NCBI GenBank assembly: GCA_016788065.1
Contig: JAEUTI010000008.1
Location: 62,428 to 126,427 of the forward strand
Origin: Bacteroidia bacterium
GTDB taxonomy: Bacteria; Bacteroidota; Bacteroidia; AKYH767-A; OLB10
Direction: 5' to 3'
Length of the DNA stretch: 64,000 nt
Below are positions 28,313 through 39,546 of the stretch, one piece after another. Numbering within the stretch: the first letter of the stretch is position 1; every line of letters starts with the position of its first letter. The translations under genes and the position numbers were made by a program. The notes below the pieces were generated by a model, which saw nothing but the letters and a program-made list of their open reading frames with translations, was not told the origin of the DNA and did not search any database.

Positions 28313-29508
28313 TGAACTCAGGTAAGCCGGTCACTCCTTCAGCGATTCTTTGGATGCGTCTCCGGAAAAATATTCCTGCAATGGTAGGTTTGGTGATTAT
28401 AGTTTTTGCAGTATTCATTTCGCTATTTGCCTATGTGGTTATGCCCGATCAGTCGCCGAATGCCAATGAAATGAATCTTTCATTAAGTATTTTACCTCCC
28501 GGAACCACCGTTCAAATGATTCGTGTTCCGGTTAAAGTTCAGTTGGAAGAAGCTGGAGTTTTGGATAAGATTTTCACAGGTACACCAGCTACTTTCAAGT
28601 CAATTCCTGTTGATTCTGTTTGGCTAAAAAATGACACCGTATATTTTATTGGTTTCGGAAGTAATGCAGTAAATTCTATGTTGGTCGAAAAACAACCACT
28701 AGCTGAAATGTTTACTGGTACCAGGGATTTTCAATTACAAAACGGAAAACTTAAGTGGGTCAGCTATTCAGGAGAACAACATTCAATTGCACAATCTGAA
28801 GTTTCTGCACAATTTCTTAAGGAGAGAATTTCTAACCGGAAATTTATTCTTGGAACCGATCGGTTTGGACGCGATTTGTTCAGCAGGATTTTGGCAGGCA
28901 CCAGAGTGTCGATGGCAGTTGGATTAATTGCTGTGATTATTTCTTTAATCATTGGAATTCTGCTTGGTTCTCTGGCAGGATTTTTCAGAGGAAGAACAGA
29001 TGATTTTATTATGTGGATCACCAGTGTGGTGTGGTCTATTCCAACATTGTTATTAGTAATAGCTATAACAATGGCACTTGGTAAAGGATTTGCTCAGGTC
29101 TTTATCGCTGTGGGCCTAACCATGTGGGTGGAAGTTGCAAGAGTTGTAAGAGGTCAGATTTTTAGTCTGCGCGAAATGGAATTTGTAGAAGCAGGAAAAG
29201 CTTTAGGATTTACCAATGCTAGAATTATCAGAAAACATGTCTTGCCAAATATATTGAGTCCTGTAATTGTTATTGCCGCCTCGAATTTTGCTTCTGCAAT
29301 TTTACTCGAAGCCGGATTGAGTTTTTTAGGAATGGGAGCTCAACCACCAACTCCATCCTGGGGAATGATGATCAAAGAAAATTATGGTTACATAGTTGTT
29401 GATGCAGCTTATCTGGCAGTATACCCCGGCATTGCCATCATGCTGATGGTTTTAGCTTTTACCTGGTTGGGAAATGGCTTGCGCGATGCTGTTGATTCGA
29501 AATTCTAA
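28312..29508 (+). CDS. ABC transporter permease, DppC/OppC-like, with a ~180-aa N-terminal periplasmic extension
   Basis: It carries the binding-protein-dependent permease signature …EAGKALGFTNARIIRKHVLPNILSPVIV… The start overlaps the GT2 stop (TAATG). No cognate DppB, ATPase or binding-protein genes are adjacent. Confidence 0.8.
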   Translation: MNSGKPVTPSAILWMRLRKNIPAMVGLVIIVFAVFISLFAYVVMPDQSPNANEMNLSLSILPPGTTVQMIRVPVKVQLEEAGVLDKIFTGTPATFKSIPVDSVWLKNDTVYFIGFGSNAVNSMLVEKQPLAEMFTGTRDFQLQNGKLKWVSYSGEQHSIAQSEVSAQFLKERISNRKFILGTDRFGRDLFSRILAGTRVSMAVGLIAVIISLIIGILLGSLAGFFRGRTDDFIMWITSVVWSIPTLLLVIAITMALGKGFAQVFIAVGLTMWVEVARVVRGQIFSLREMEFVEAGKALGFTNARIIRKHVLPNILSPVIVIAASNFASAILLEAGLSFLGMGAQPPTPSWGMMIKENYGYIVVDAAYLAVYPGIAIMLMVLAFTWLGNGLRDAVDSKF

Positions 29509-29517
29509 ACAGTTCTA

Positions 29518-30411
29518 TTAACTGAAATGCAATAATAATTTCCACGCATCATCAATTTTTCCAGCCTGAATCAAAGCTTTAGCAGCTAAATGAAGTGCTT
29601 TGTTTTTTGATTCCGGATTTGCATCAAATACCGCTGACAAATTTTTTATTTCCTCCATATTACCAAATTCGGAAATAGCTTGCTGATTGGGAAGAGCTTC
29701 AACATTTCCTAATTGTCCCAGATCATTTCCACTTAAGACATCACTGTTACGGATTTGCACCGGAATCTGATCTATTCCAATTCCCATTTTTAAGTTTGGC
29801 TTGGTGACTTCAAAAAGTGCATCCCCTGATGCCCGGCAATAGTAATCCTGCCCGCATCTTCCAACAAGATCTATTTTGTGAGGATCAATACGCCCTTCAC
29901 TGTCCATTACATCTTCATTGATGTGCATGAGCAGAATTTCACATATAATTAAATTACCTGCCCCGCCTTCAGTTCCTGTTTCAATCACCTGCTTTACCTT
30001 ACACTCAAATTGAACAGGTGATTCTTTAACTCGGAATGGTTTTACAAGCTGTGATGGAATAGGTGTAAATCCTGCTTTAACAAATTCACTCACACCTTTC
30101 GGGTATTCACAACTCGATAAAGATGCCTGCTGAACCATACTATAACTCACAACATTTATCACAACTTCCATATTTTCATACACGTTTTCAAGTGTATGTT
30201 TTATGGTGTTGTCACGTACCCGGCGTGCGGGACTGAAAATTAATGTCGGAGGTTTCGAACCAAACGCATTAAAAAAACTATACGGACTTAAATTCGGATT
30301 ACCCTGATTGTCGATGGTGCTGGCAAAAGCAATAGGGCGGGGGGCAACTGCACTTAGCATGTGTGCATGAAATTGCCCTGTTTTAATTTCTTTGGGATCA
30401 ATTGTAATCAT
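29518..30411 (-). CDS. Flavin reductase-like (FMN-binding split-barrel) family protein
   Basis: APRPIAFASTIDNQGNPNLSPYSFFNAFGSKPPTLIFSP matches the flavin-reductase-like domain core. Confidence 0.75.
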   Translation of the reverse strand: MITIDPKEIKTGQFHAHMLSAVAPRPIAFASTIDNQGNPNLSPYSFFNAFGSKPPTLIFSPARRVRDNTIKHTLENVYENMEVVINVVSYSMVQQASLSSCEYPKGVSEFVKAGFTPIPSQLVKPFRVKESPVQFECKVKQVIETGTEGGAGNLIICEILLMHINEDVMDSEGRIDPHKIDLVGRCGQDYYCRASGDALFEVTKPNLKMGIGIDQIPVQIRNSDVLSGNDLGQLGNVEALPNQQAISEFGNMEEIKNLSAVFDANPESKNKALHLAAKALIQAGKIDDAWKLLLHFS

Positions 30412-30557
30412 GCGCTAAAGGTACTGATTCGAGAGTTTTGGAGTTTCGTGTTTGTCGACTTTTCTGAAAAAAAACCAATTATTGCCGGATTTATTAAAAA
30501 TTTCCTACTTTTGCAGCCCGTGAAGTTTTATGTAACTTCTATTATTGTTCTTTAAAT

Positions 30558-30639
30558 GCGCATGTGGCGTAATTGGTAGCCGCGCCAGACTTAGGATCTG
30601 GTGCTTCACGGCGTGGGGGTTCGAGTCCCTCCATGCGCA
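30558..30639 (+). tRNA. tRNA-Leu (anticodon TAG)
   Basis: The 7-bp acceptor stem GCGCATG pairs with CATGCGC. The anticodon arm is CCAGA-CTTAGGA-TCTGG, giving anticodon UAG. It has a long class-II variable arm and a T-loop TTCGAGT. The discriminator is A and no CCA is encoded. Confidence 0.85.
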
Positions 30640-30646
30640 CTATTAG

Positions 30647-30685
30647 AAGGCTGTTTCAGTTTGAAACAGCCTTTTTTATTTTTAA
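30647..30685 (+). terminator. Rho-independent terminator after tRNA-Leu
   Basis: AAGGCTGTTTC-agttt-GAAACAGCCTT followed by TTTTATTTTT. Confidence 0.8.
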
Positions 30686-30904
30686 TTTATTTCTTTTAGA
30701 TTTATGTCATTGAATTACAGTCAGATATATTTGTCTCTAACCATTCCCCGAACCAAGGTTTTGCTTAATTAAAGGACTGTTTCAAATCGGAAATCTGCTT
30801 AAAAATGCTTAATTTTGCACCGCCAAATTGAGATTTGGGCTCACTTTTACAAAGATTCCCTGCTATACATCAGAAAAACTAAATAATTTATAAGCATCGT
30901 TAAA

Positions 30905-32272
30905 ATGAACATTACCAGAGAAGAGATCGGTACACTGAATGAAATTTTAAAAATTAATCTGACACCGGAAGATTATACCGAAAAGGTTGAATCCGAATTA
31001 AAAAAGTATCAGAAATCAATGAATTTACCGGGATTTCGTCCCGGACATGTTCCTGTTGGTTTGGTAAAAAAGAGATATGGAAAGTCGATACTTATCGATG
31101 AGCTAAATAAAATAGTTTCCGGATCAATCGAAAGTTATATCACTGAACAAAAACTTGATTTGCTTGGAAGTCCAATTCCTCAGCCTTCTAACGATAGCAT
31201 TAACAATTGGGATACACCAGGTAATTTCGAATTTATTTTTGAAATAGGATTGGCCCCTCAGTTCAGCTTAACCTTGCCTCCTTCAAAGACTTTTACTTCT
31301 TATGAAATAATTGTTGACGAAGATAAAATCACTCAGTATGTAGATGATATCCGCAGGAAATATGGCAAGTTTTCAAATCCTGAAACTTCTAATGAACTAA
31401 CTATTTTCTATGGTGATTTTGCAGAGCTCGATGCTTCAGGAGCTGTGAAAGAAGGTGGAATCACCAGCCGTTCGACATTATCAGTGGAATCAGTTAAAGA
31501 TGATGCAGTAAAAAAATCACTGATCGGACTGAAAAAAGGTGATACGGTAAAAGTGAATTTAGCTGTTGCCTTTAACAATGATGCCGATGAAATTGCACAT
31601 ATGTTGAATCAACCGGTCGACAAAGTATCAGGAATTAATTCGGACTTCAATTACACTATCGATACCGTAAATCAGGTAGAGAAGGCGGATATGAATCAGG
31701 AGTTTTTTGATAAAATATATGGTGAAAATGTTGTTACTGATGAGGCCGGTTTCCGTGAAAAAGTAAGAGCCGAAATTGCCGGAATGTATGTTCAAGATAC
31801 TGACATGAAACTCAAACACGACATTGAAGATCACCTTTTGGAAGAATTAAGCCTTAAACTGCCGGACGCATTCCTTCAGAAATGGTTACAGACTGCCGTT
31901 GAAAAGCCTCTTACACCTGAGCAAGTGGAAAAGGAATATGGTGGTTATTCCAGAGGAATGAAACTGCGCCTGATCGAAAACCGGATTTTCCGCGACCAGA
32001 ATATGAATATTTCTCAGGATAAAATTCGTGAAATGGCTAAACAATATATCCTGCACCAGTTTTCAGGATATTCAGCCGGTTTAACCGATGAAATCATGAC
32101 CGGCCTGGTAAGCCGTTATCTTGAGAAAAGAGAGTCAGTCGAGAGAATAATTGAAACCCTTTCAGACAGAAAAGTGTTTAATTACTTGAAATCTATTGTT
32201 AATGCCAATGTTGTTAAGGTTTCCTATGATGAATTCCTTAAAATTGTCAAAGAACATCAGCACGCACATTAA
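30905..32272 (+). CDS. tig: Trigger factor
   Basis: N-terminal ribosome-binding domain (GFRPGHVPVGLVKKRYG), a PPIase domain and a C-terminal domain. It sits in the conserved tig-clpP-clpX order. Confidence 0.9.
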   Translation: MNITREEIGTLNEILKINLTPEDYTEKVESELKKYQKSMNLPGFRPGHVPVGLVKKRYGKSILIDELNKIVSGSIESYITEQKLDLLGSPIPQPSNDSINNWDTPGNFEFIFEIGLAPQFSLTLPPSKTFTSYEIIVDEDKITQYVDDIRRKYGKFSNPETSNELTIFYGDFAELDASGAVKEGGITSRSTLSVESVKDDAVKKSLIGLKKGDTVKVNLAVAFNNDADEIAHMLNQPVDKVSGINSDFNYTIDTVNQVEKADMNQEFFDKIYGENVVTDEAGFREKVRAEIAGMYVQDTDMKLKHDIEDHLLEELSLKLPDAFLQKWLQTAVEKPLTPEQVEKEYGGYSRGMKLRLIENRIFRDQNMNISQDKIREMAKQYILHQFSGYSAGLTDEIMTGLVSRYLEKRESVERIIETLSDRKVFNYLKSIVNANVVKVSYDEFLKIVKEHQHAH

Positions 32273-32327
32273 TTTCCCTTTTTCAAAAAAAATACTCAAT
32301 TTTACATTCTAACTTAAAAAAATAGTT

Positions 32328-33017
32328 ATGGACTACGGAAAAGAATTTGAAAAGTATGCAGTAAAGCACCGCGGGCTTAATAGTATGCACGTTGGTTCGT
32401 ATATTAACTCTGTTTATGCTAATTATATTTCCCCTACAATCATTGAAGAACGTCAGCTGAATGTTGCTACTATGGACGTTTTTTCAAGATTAATGATGGA
32501 CAGAATCATTTTCATGGGTGTTCCAATTAACGATTATGTAGCCAATATCATTCAGGCTCAGTTGTTGTTTTTGGAATCAGCCGATGCGAAAAGAGATATT
32601 CAGATTTATGTAAATAGCCCCGGAGGCAGCGTTTATGCCGGTTTGGGTATCTATGATACAATGCAGTTTATTGGTCCCGATGTTTCTACCATCTGTACCG
32701 GAATGGCTGCATCAATGGCTGCCGTACTTATGTGTGCCGGTACCAAAGGAAAACGTTCCGCTCTTAAGCATGCCCGCATTATGATTCATCAACCAATGGG
32801 TGGTGCTGAAGGTCAGGCTTCTGATATCGAAATTACAGCACGTGAAATTCAGAAACTGAAAAAAGAACTCTACGAAATTATTTCAATTCACTCAGGCAAA
32901 CCATATGATGATGTTTGGAAAGATTCTGACCGCGATTACTGGATGACTGCCGATGAATCTAAAGAATATGGAATGATTGATGAAGTGCTTACAAGAAATA
33001 AAAATACCACTAAATAA
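32328..33017 (+). CDS. clpP: ATP-dependent Clp protease proteolytic subunit ClpP
   Basis: …[35 protein letters not shown]… contains the Ser/His/Asp catalytic triad context. Confidence 0.95.
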   Translation: MDYGKEFEKYAVKHRGLNSMHVGSYINSVYANYISPTIIEERQLNVATMDVFSRLMMDRIIFMGVPINDYVANIIQAQLLFLESADAKRDIQIYVNSPGGSVYAGLGIYDTMQFIGPDVSTICTGMAASMAAVLMCAGTKGKRSALKHARIMIHQPMGGAEGQASDIEITAREIQKLKKELYEIISIHSGKPYDDVWKDSDRDYWMTADESKEYGMIDEVLTRNKNTTK

Positions 33018-33028
33018 TAGTTTGGCTT

Positions 33029-34267
33029 TTGAAAAATAATAAAGAAATAAAATGCTCCTTTTGTGGACGCGATAAAAGCGCCACTAATGTACTGATCGCC
33101 GGTATGTCCGGACATATCTGTGATCAGTGCATAACTCAGGCTCAGCAAATAGTTAATGAAGAATCTGCTGAGAAACTGAAAAGCTCTATTTCCACCAGCC
33201 TTCAGTTGCTGAAGCCTCTTGAAATTAAAGAATTTCTTGATCAGTATGTGATTGGACAGAATGAAGCCAAGAAGGTTATATCTGTCGCTGTTTATAATCA
33301 CTACAAACGACTTATTTATCGTGCCCGTCAGAAAGAAGATGTTGAAATAGATAAGTCCAATATTATTTTAGTTGGTGAAACCGGAACCGGTAAAACCCTC
33401 CTTGCGCGTAGTATTGCCCGCATGCTGAAAGTTCCTTTTTGTATTGCCGATGCTACTGTTTTAACTGAAGCAGGTTATGTTGGTGAGGATGTTGAAAGCG
33501 TTTTAACACGCTTACTCCAGGCAGCTGATTATGATGTTGCCGCTGCTGAAAGAGGAATTGTTTACATTGATGAAATCGACAAGATAGCCCGCAAATCCGA
33601 TAACCCTTCTATTACCCGTGATGTTTCCGGGGAAGGTGTGCAACAAGGTTTGTTGAAGATGTTGGAGAATACTGTTGTGAATGTGCCTCCTCAGGGTGGA
33701 AGAAAACATCCCGAGCAGAAAATGATTGCTGTGAATACACAAAACATTCTTTTCATCTGCGGTGGTGCTTTCGATGGTATCGATAAAATTATTGCACGAA
33801 GAATGCAAACCTCAGCAATTGGTTTCAGCTCAAGCAAAGACCTCAACGAAATTGATCGGGAAAATATGATGCAATATATTTCACCGGTAGATTTAAAAAC
33901 ATTTGGTCTTATTCCTGAATTAATCGGTCGTTTACCAGTAGTAACTCATCTGTTACCACTCGATAAAGTAACTTTACGTTCCATTCTTACAGAGCCTAAA
34001 AATGCACTCATGCGTCAGTATGAACGCCTTTTTGAAATGGAAAACATTAAGCTGAAATTTGATGATGATGTGCTCGATTTTATTGTCGATAAAGCCATGG
34101 AATTCAAATTGGGGGCACGTGGATTGCGCTCCATCTGCGAAGCAATCATGCTGGATCTGATGTTTGAAACGCCATCTTCAGGTAAAGAAGGAACTGTGAA
34201 AGTGACTTTGAAATATGCTGTCGATAAGGTTAATAAATCAAATATCAGTAAGCTGAAAGTCGCCTGA
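33029..34267 (+). CDS. clpX: ATP-dependent Clp protease ATP-binding subunit ClpX
   Basis: Zinc finger CSFCGR…CDQC, Walker [16 protein letters not shown], and the IGF-loop region. Confidence 0.95.
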   Translation: MKNNKEIKCSFCGRDKSATNVLIAGMSGHICDQCITQAQQIVNEESAEKLKSSISTSLQLLKPLEIKEFLDQYVIGQNEAKKVISVAVYNHYKRLIYRARQKEDVEIDKSNIILVGETGTGKTLLARSIARMLKVPFCIADATVLTEAGYVGEDVESVLTRLLQAADYDVAAAERGIVYIDEIDKIARKSDNPSITRDVSGEGVQQGLLKMLENTVVNVPPQGGRKHPEQKMIAVNTQNILFICGGAFDGIDKIIARRMQTSAIGFSSSKDLNEIDRENMMQYISPVDLKTFGLIPELIGRLPVVTHLLPLDKVTLRSILTEPKNALMRQYERLFEMENIKLKFDDDVLDFIVDKAMEFKLGARGLRSICEAIMLDLMFETPSSGKEGTVKVTLKYAVDKVNKSNISKLKVA

Positions 34268-34317
34268 TATATTTATTTCTTTTTATTAGCGAAGTAGCAT
34301 CAACACTTCCGCAAAAA

Positions 34318-34803
34318 TCATTTCTTCTTATAGGTAATGAACGAATAAGGCCACTGGTTTTTCTCATCACCTTCATGCCTTTCTCTGCTGATTTCTTCCC
34401 ACTCCGATGATTTAATTTCAGGAAAGAAAGTATCTCCTTCAAAAGTGTGATGTATTTGTGTGATGTAAAGTGTGTCTGCCAGAGGTAGTGTACACTCAAA
34501 AATTTGTGCCCCGCCAATAATGAAAATTTCCTCTTGTCCCGCACATTGCATCATTGCTTCAGTAAAATTCTGAGTTACTATACAGCCATCTGCATGATAA
34601 TCGGTTTGCCGTGTAATTATTACTGAAGTGCGTCCGGGAAGAGGTTTGCCAATCGATTCAAAAGTTTTTCTTCCCATGATCATATGATGACCCATGGTGA
34701 GTGTTTTGAAATGCTTCAGATCGGCAGGAAGATGCCATGGCAATCCGTTATCGCGACCAATCAGCCGGTTCTCATCAAATGCAACAATTAGTGAAATTTT
34801 CAT
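34318..34803 (-). CDS. folA: Dihydrofolate reductase
   Basis: MKISLIVAFDENRLIGRDNGLPWHLPADLKHFKTLT… is a DHFR signature. Confidence 0.9.
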   Translation of the reverse strand: MKISLIVAFDENRLIGRDNGLPWHLPADLKHFKTLTMGHHMIMGRKTFESIGKPLPGRTSVIITRQTDYHADGCIVTQNFTEAMMQCAGQEEIFIIGGAQIFECTLPLADTLYITQIHHTFEGDTFFPEIKSSEWEEISRERHEGDEKNQWPYSFITYKKK

Positions 34804-34812
34804 AAGCGAAAT

Positions 34813-35607
34813 TTACACAGCAACTGCTGCTTTTATAGCCGGATGTGGTTCATATCCTGAAAGGAAAAAGTCGTTGAACTGAAATTCGAAAATGTTTTTA
34901 ATTAACGGATTGATGCGCATCACAGGCAACTGTTTGGGATCACGACTCAATTGTAAATTAACCTGATCGAAGTGGTTGTTGTAAATATGAACATCACCGA
35001 AAGTATGTATGAATTCTCCTGGTTTGAGATTGCAAACCTGTGCAACCATAAGTGTCAACAAGGAATAGGAAGCAATATTAAATGGAACACCAAGGAATAA
35101 ATCTGCACTGCGCTGATATAATTGACAGGATAATTTTCCATCAGCCACATAAAACTGAAAAAGGATATGGCAGGGTGGAAGAGCCATTTTCTCAATAAAA
35201 CCAACATTCCAGGCATTTACCAACAATCTGCGAGAATCAGGATTTTTTTTGATCTGATCTATAAGATTGGTGATTTGATCAACATGTCCACCATCGGGTG
35301 TTGGCCACGAACGCCACTGGTACCCATAAACAGGACCGAGATTCCCATCGGCATCAGCCCATTCATTCCAGATACTAACCCCATTCTCAGTTAGGTAACG
35401 AATATTGGTGTCGCCTTTCAGAAACCACAGTAGTTCATGAATAATTGATTTTACATGCAATTTCTTGGTGGTGACCATAGGAAAGCCTTCTTCCAGATTA
35501 AAACGCATCTGATATCCAAAAACACTCCGTGTGCCGGTTCCTGTCCGGTCGCTTTTATCTGCACCATGGTTCATGACATGGCGAAGTAAATCGTGGTATT
35601 GTTTCAT
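34813..35607 (-). CDS. thyA: Thymidylate synthase
   Basis: …[12 protein letters not shown]… and the PCH active-site region. It is 264 aa and adjacent to folA. Confidence 0.95.
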   Translation of the reverse strand: MKQYHDLLRHVMNHGADKSDRTGTGTRSVFGYQMRFNLEEGFPMVTTKKLHVKSIIHELLWFLKGDTNIRYLTENGVSIWNEWADADGNLGPVYGYQWRSWPTPDGGHVDQITNLIDQIKKNPDSRRLLVNAWNVGFIEKMALPPCHILFQFYVADGKLSCQLYQRSADLFLGVPFNIASYSLLTLMVAQVCNLKPGEFIHTFGDVHIYNNHFDQVNLQLSRDPKQLPVMRINPLIKNIFEFQFNDFFLSGYEPHPAIKAAVAV

Positions 35608-35716
35608 AACTGAGGGGTTTGCTAGGGCAAAGTTAGATAAAGATGCCTGTTTTTGGATTGTTTTTAACTAATTTGAATAGTAGTTATTATCAATTACGCT
35701 GAATCAAAGGAGTTTA

Positions 35717-36409
35717 TTATTGTTTGACCGGAGTTTCGGCACTGGAATTCAGGCTTGCCAGATTTTTTTTCGCTAATGTAAAATCCGGTGTATCTGTAAT
35801 TGCTTTTGTAAACGATTCTTTGGCAAGTTCTTTTTTACCCAGTTCCAAATACAAAACCCCCATCAGATTCTCAGCTGCAGAGTGGTATGAAACCTCCATA
35901 TTTTCGCCTTGTTCGGTACTAATAATCACTTTCTCTTTTTTTGCATTCGGATGAACAGAAACCTTTGAGGCTGTTAAAGCACACTCGCCAAAGCGCTTTA
36001 AACTGTATTGTAGTGTGGCCAGCTGGTAACCATGTTCCGGTGAACCGGAAGCTGTAAACAACGATTCAAATAACGGTAGCGCAGCCTTAACATCACCTAA
36101 GTTCCGGTACGAATAAGCCTGTATTTCTTTCAGAACATCACGTTGAGGTGCTTTTTCTGCTGCTATAATAGCCTGCTGATAGGCACCCATCCTGAAGTAA
36201 AGGTTAGCCAGGGAATCGTAATGAGTTGTTACCTGTGGTTGCATGGCAATGACCTCGAACAAGGCATTCTTAGCCACATCAAGATCATTGAATAGCACTG
36301 CGTTACGGTACCTCGACCAAACCTGGGTGGTATCGGAAACTTTGTTTTTTTGTGCCGATACTGTTGTTACAATGGTAAAAAACAGAAGGGTAAAGAAGAT
36401 TTTTTTCAT
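35717..36409 (-). CDS. Secreted tetratricopeptide-repeat protein
   Basis: I prefer the internal start MKKIFFTLLFFTIVTTVSAQ (about 36409). TPR-like helical repeats follow (…AYQQAIIAAEKA…, …ELGKKELAKESFTKAI…). Confidence 0.55.
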   Translation of the reverse strand: MKKIFFTLLFFTIVTTVSAQKNKVSDTTQVWSRYRNAVLFNDLDVAKNALFEVIAMQPQVTTHYDSLANLYFRMGAYQQAIIAAEKAPQRDVLKEIQAYSYRNLGDVKAALPLFESLFTASGSPEHGYQLATLQYSLKRFGECALTASKVSVHPNAKKEKVIISTEQGENMEVSYHSAAENLMGVLYLELGKKELAKESFTKAITDTPDFTLAKKNLASLNSSAETPVKQ

Positions 36410-36502
36410 ACTGGGATGTTTATAAAAAATGAAATGCAAATTTCCCAAAAAGCCTTAACTTTGACAAGTCCAGATGAAATAAGGATTTCGGACGCTTTTT
36501 AA

Positions 36503-38845
36503 ATGGATAAATACCTTGCTCAGTTAAATGAATCGCAACGGGATGCCGTACTTTGTATGGATGGTCCTGTGATGATAATTGCCGGTGCCGGATCAGGGAA
36601 AACCAGGGTTCTGGTTCACCGTATCGTTCATATGATGCAAAATGGAGCCGATCCGTTCAATATTCTTTCGTTGACTTTTACGAATAAGGCAGCCAGAGAA
36701 ATGAAATCAAGGATTGCTCATGTTGCTGGTGATGAAGCACGCAATTTGTGGATGGGAACCTTTCACTCCGTGTTTGCTAAATTGCTTCGCGTGGAAGCAC
36801 CCAAAATTGGTTATCCTTCCTCATTCACGATTTATGATACCGATGATGCCAAAAATCTGATTAAAGACATTGTCAAAGATCAGGGACTCGACGAAAAAAT
36901 TTATAAACCGGGATTGGTTTACAATAGAATTTCATCGGCAAAAAATAATCTCTATTCCTGGAAAGATTATCAGGAAAATAGCGAACTTACCACCGATGAT
37001 AAACATGCAGGTAAACCCCATTTAGGTTTGTTGTATGAAATTTATCAGAAGCGGCTCTTCAAATCCGGTGCAATGGATTTTGATGATCTTCTCTTCAATA
37101 CTTTTATTCTGCTCAATAATTTTCCGGAATTGCTTCACAAGTATCAGAATAAATTTAAATACATACTGGTTGATGAGTTTCAGGATACCAACTATGCTCA
37201 GTATGTTATTGTGCGGAAACTGGCCGCTCAACACGAGAATATTTGTGTTGTTGGCGATGATGCACAAAGTATTTATGCTTTCCGTGGAGCGAATATTCAG
37301 AATATTCTAAGCTTTGAATCCGATTATCCGGATTTGAAAACATTCAAGCTGGAACAAAATTATCGTTCCACTAAAATGATTGTGAATGCTGCTAATAGCC
37401 TCATTGCGAACAATCGTTCACAGTTGAAAAAGTCGGTGTGGACCGATAATGCCGAAGGTGAATTAATCAGACTTATTAAGGGTCTGAGCGATAATGAAGA
37501 AGGTAATATGGTTGCTAATGCCATATTCTCAGATAATAATCAATATCAAATCCGCTATAAGGATATTGCTGTATTGTATCGTACCAATGCGCAATCCCGT
37601 TCTATGGAAGAAGCTCTTCGAAGAAAGGGAATTCCTTATAGGATCTATGGCGGCATTTCATTCTATGCCAGAAAAGAAGTAAAAGATCTGCTGGCATATT
37701 TTCGCCTGACTGTAAACCCGGCAGATGAAGAAGCTTTGAAACGGGTAATTAATTATCCTAAAAGAGAAATTGGAAAGACTTCTGTCGATAAGATTATAGT
37801 AGCTGCCGATCGCGAAAATTGTAGTCTATGGGAAGTGTTGGAAAGAATAAATAGTATTGAAACCGGACTAACCGCTGCAACACGCGGACGAATTGCCGAT
37901 TTTGTAGCTATGATAAAAAGTTTTTCGGTGATGCTGAAAACCAAATCAGCATTCGATCTGGCAAGCCACATCGCTATGTCAACCGGACTACTCAAAGAAT
38001 TGTATGCTGATAAATCTCCCGAAGGAATCAGTCATTATGAAAATCTTCAGGAGTTATTGAACGGTATTAAAGAATTCACCGATAAAGGAACAACACCATT
38101 ACCTGCCCCTTCCGGTGAACTGGAAGCCGATACTACGCTTCGCACCCTTGATGTTTTTCTGCAGGATATTGCGCTCATTACCGATAAGGAAAATGATGAA
38201 ACCAATGATGAAAGTGTTTCTCTCATGACCATCCACGCATCTAAAGGACTCGAATTTAAGAGTGTTTACATAGTTGGTCTCGAAGAAAATTTATTTCCAT
38301 CACAAATGGCATTGCAATCCCGGGCTGAACTCGAAGAAGAACGACGATTATTTTATGTGGCCATTACCAGAGCAGAAAATAAGTTAACGTTGTCGTATGC
38401 TATCAGCCGGTACAAATGGGGAAATCTCATCAGCTGCGAACCCAGCAGATTTATTGGTGAAATTAATCCCGATTTTATTGATGATCAAACTGCACTTGTT
38501 GTAAAAGGTGCCGATATAAACCGTCAGCGAAACTGGAGCAACTTTGGCAATAGCAATCGCAATGGAAAACCGGAAGTTGTTCCATCTACTCCCGGACCGG
38601 GATTCAAGAAGGTTACGCAACTCAAAAAAGCACCTGTTGCAGCAGTTGCCGGAGAACCTTTTGAAGCAGATGATCCTGCTTCAATAAATGTTGGAATGAC
38701 TGTTGAACATCAGAAATTTGGTGAAGGAAGTGTTACTGCTATGGAAGGGGATTTTCCTGATCTGAAAGCAACTGTTCATTTTCCCGGACATGGTCACAAA
38801 CAACTTTTGCTGAAGTATGCAAAACTTAAAATTGTCAGAAACTAG
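36503..38845 (+). CDS. ATP-dependent DNA helicase, UvrD/PcrA/Rep family
   Basis: LNESQRDAV…AGAGSGKTRVLVHRI (motifs I/Ia), DEFQDTN, and a C-terminal UvrD_C domain. It is 780 aa. Confidence 0.9.
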   Translation: MDKYLAQLNESQRDAVLCMDGPVMIIAGAGSGKTRVLVHRIVHMMQNGADPFNILSLTFTNKAAREMKSRIAHVAGDEARNLWMGTFHSVFAKLLRVEAPKIGYPSSFTIYDTDDAKNLIKDIVKDQGLDEKIYKPGLVYNRISSAKNNLYSWKDYQENSELTTDDKHAGKPHLGLLYEIYQKRLFKSGAMDFDDLLFNTFILLNNFPELLHKYQNKFKYILVDEFQDTNYAQYVIVRKLAAQHENICVVGDDAQSIYAFRGANIQNILSFESDYPDLKTFKLEQNYRSTKMIVNAANSLIANNRSQLKKSVWTDNAEGELIRLIKGLSDNEEGNMVANAIFSDNNQYQIRYKDIAVLYRTNAQSRSMEEALRRKGIPYRIYGGISFYARKEVKDLLAYFRLTVNPADEEALKRVINYPKREIGKTSVDKIIVAADRENCSLWEVLERINSIETGLTAATRGRIADFVAMIKSFSVMLKTKSAFDLASHIAMSTGLLKELYADKSPEGISHYENLQELLNGIKEFTDKGTTPLPAPSGELEADTTLRTLDVFLQDIALITDKENDETNDESVSLMTIHASKGLEFKSVYIVGLEENLFPSQMALQSRAELEEERRLFYVAITRAENKLTLSYAISRYKWGNLISCEPSRFIGEINPDFIDDQTALVVKGADINRQRNWSNFGNSNRNGKPEVVPSTPGPGFKKVTQLKKAPVAAVAGEPFEADDPASINVGMTVEHQKFGEGSVTAMEGDFPDLKATVHFPGHGHKQLLLKYAKLKIVRN

Positions 38846-38878
38846 ATTCTTGTTTAAATTAATATAAATACTTTTTTT

Positions 38879-39535
38879 ATGATCGAAATGGAATATAATT
38901 CCGGAAGAAACAAACTCATTATACCTGAATATGGCCGGAATATTCAGAAGCTGATCGAATATGCTGTGAGTCTCGAAGACCGTGAAGAACGGAATAAAAT
39001 TGCAGTCGCTATCGTGAATGTTATGGGTCAGTTAAACCCTCAACTCCGTGATATAACTGATTTTAAACATAAACTTTGGGATCACCTTTTTATCATCTCC
39101 GATTTTAAACTGGATGTCGATTCTCCCTATGAAAAACCAACTGCACTAACATACAAGGTTAAACCTCGTGGTATTGCATACCCAACTTCAGATATTCGTT
39201 TCCGCCATTATGGCCGCATCATTGAACAAATGATTAAAGAGGTCATGGATCTGGAAGAAACTCCGGAAAGAGAACAAATGACTGTGAACATCGCCAACTT
39301 TATGAAGATGCTTTATGTTACCTGGAATAAAGATTCTGTGGCTGATGAAGTGATTTTTGAACACCTGAGAATTTTATCAGGTGGTAAGTTGAAAGTTAAA
39401 GAAGATGTGAAGTTGCAACAGGCTATTGAACAACCGAATCGTATTCCGGTTAAGAAAGCACCAATACGTCAACAGCAACGAACAAAAGCAAGAATGCCGA
39501 ATGGTGGAAATGGTAAAAATTACAGAAAAGGTTGA
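38879..39535 (+). CDS. Conserved Bacteroidota protein (DUF4290-like) found upstream of murA
   Basis: 218 aa with no signal peptide. EYGRNIQKLIEYA…VMGQLNP… matches, from memory, the family that usually precedes murA in Bacteroidota. Confidence 0.5.
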   Translation: MIEMEYNSGRNKLIIPEYGRNIQKLIEYAVSLEDREERNKIAVAIVNVMGQLNPQLRDITDFKHKLWDHLFIISDFKLDVDSPYEKPTALTYKVKPRGIAYPTSDIRFRHYGRIIEQMIKEVMDLEETPEREQMTVNIANFMKMLYVTWNKDSVADEVIFEHLRILSGGKLKVKEDVKLQQAIEQPNRIPVKKAPIRQQQRTKARMPNGGNGKNYRKG

Positions 39536-39546
39536 TATAAATATTT

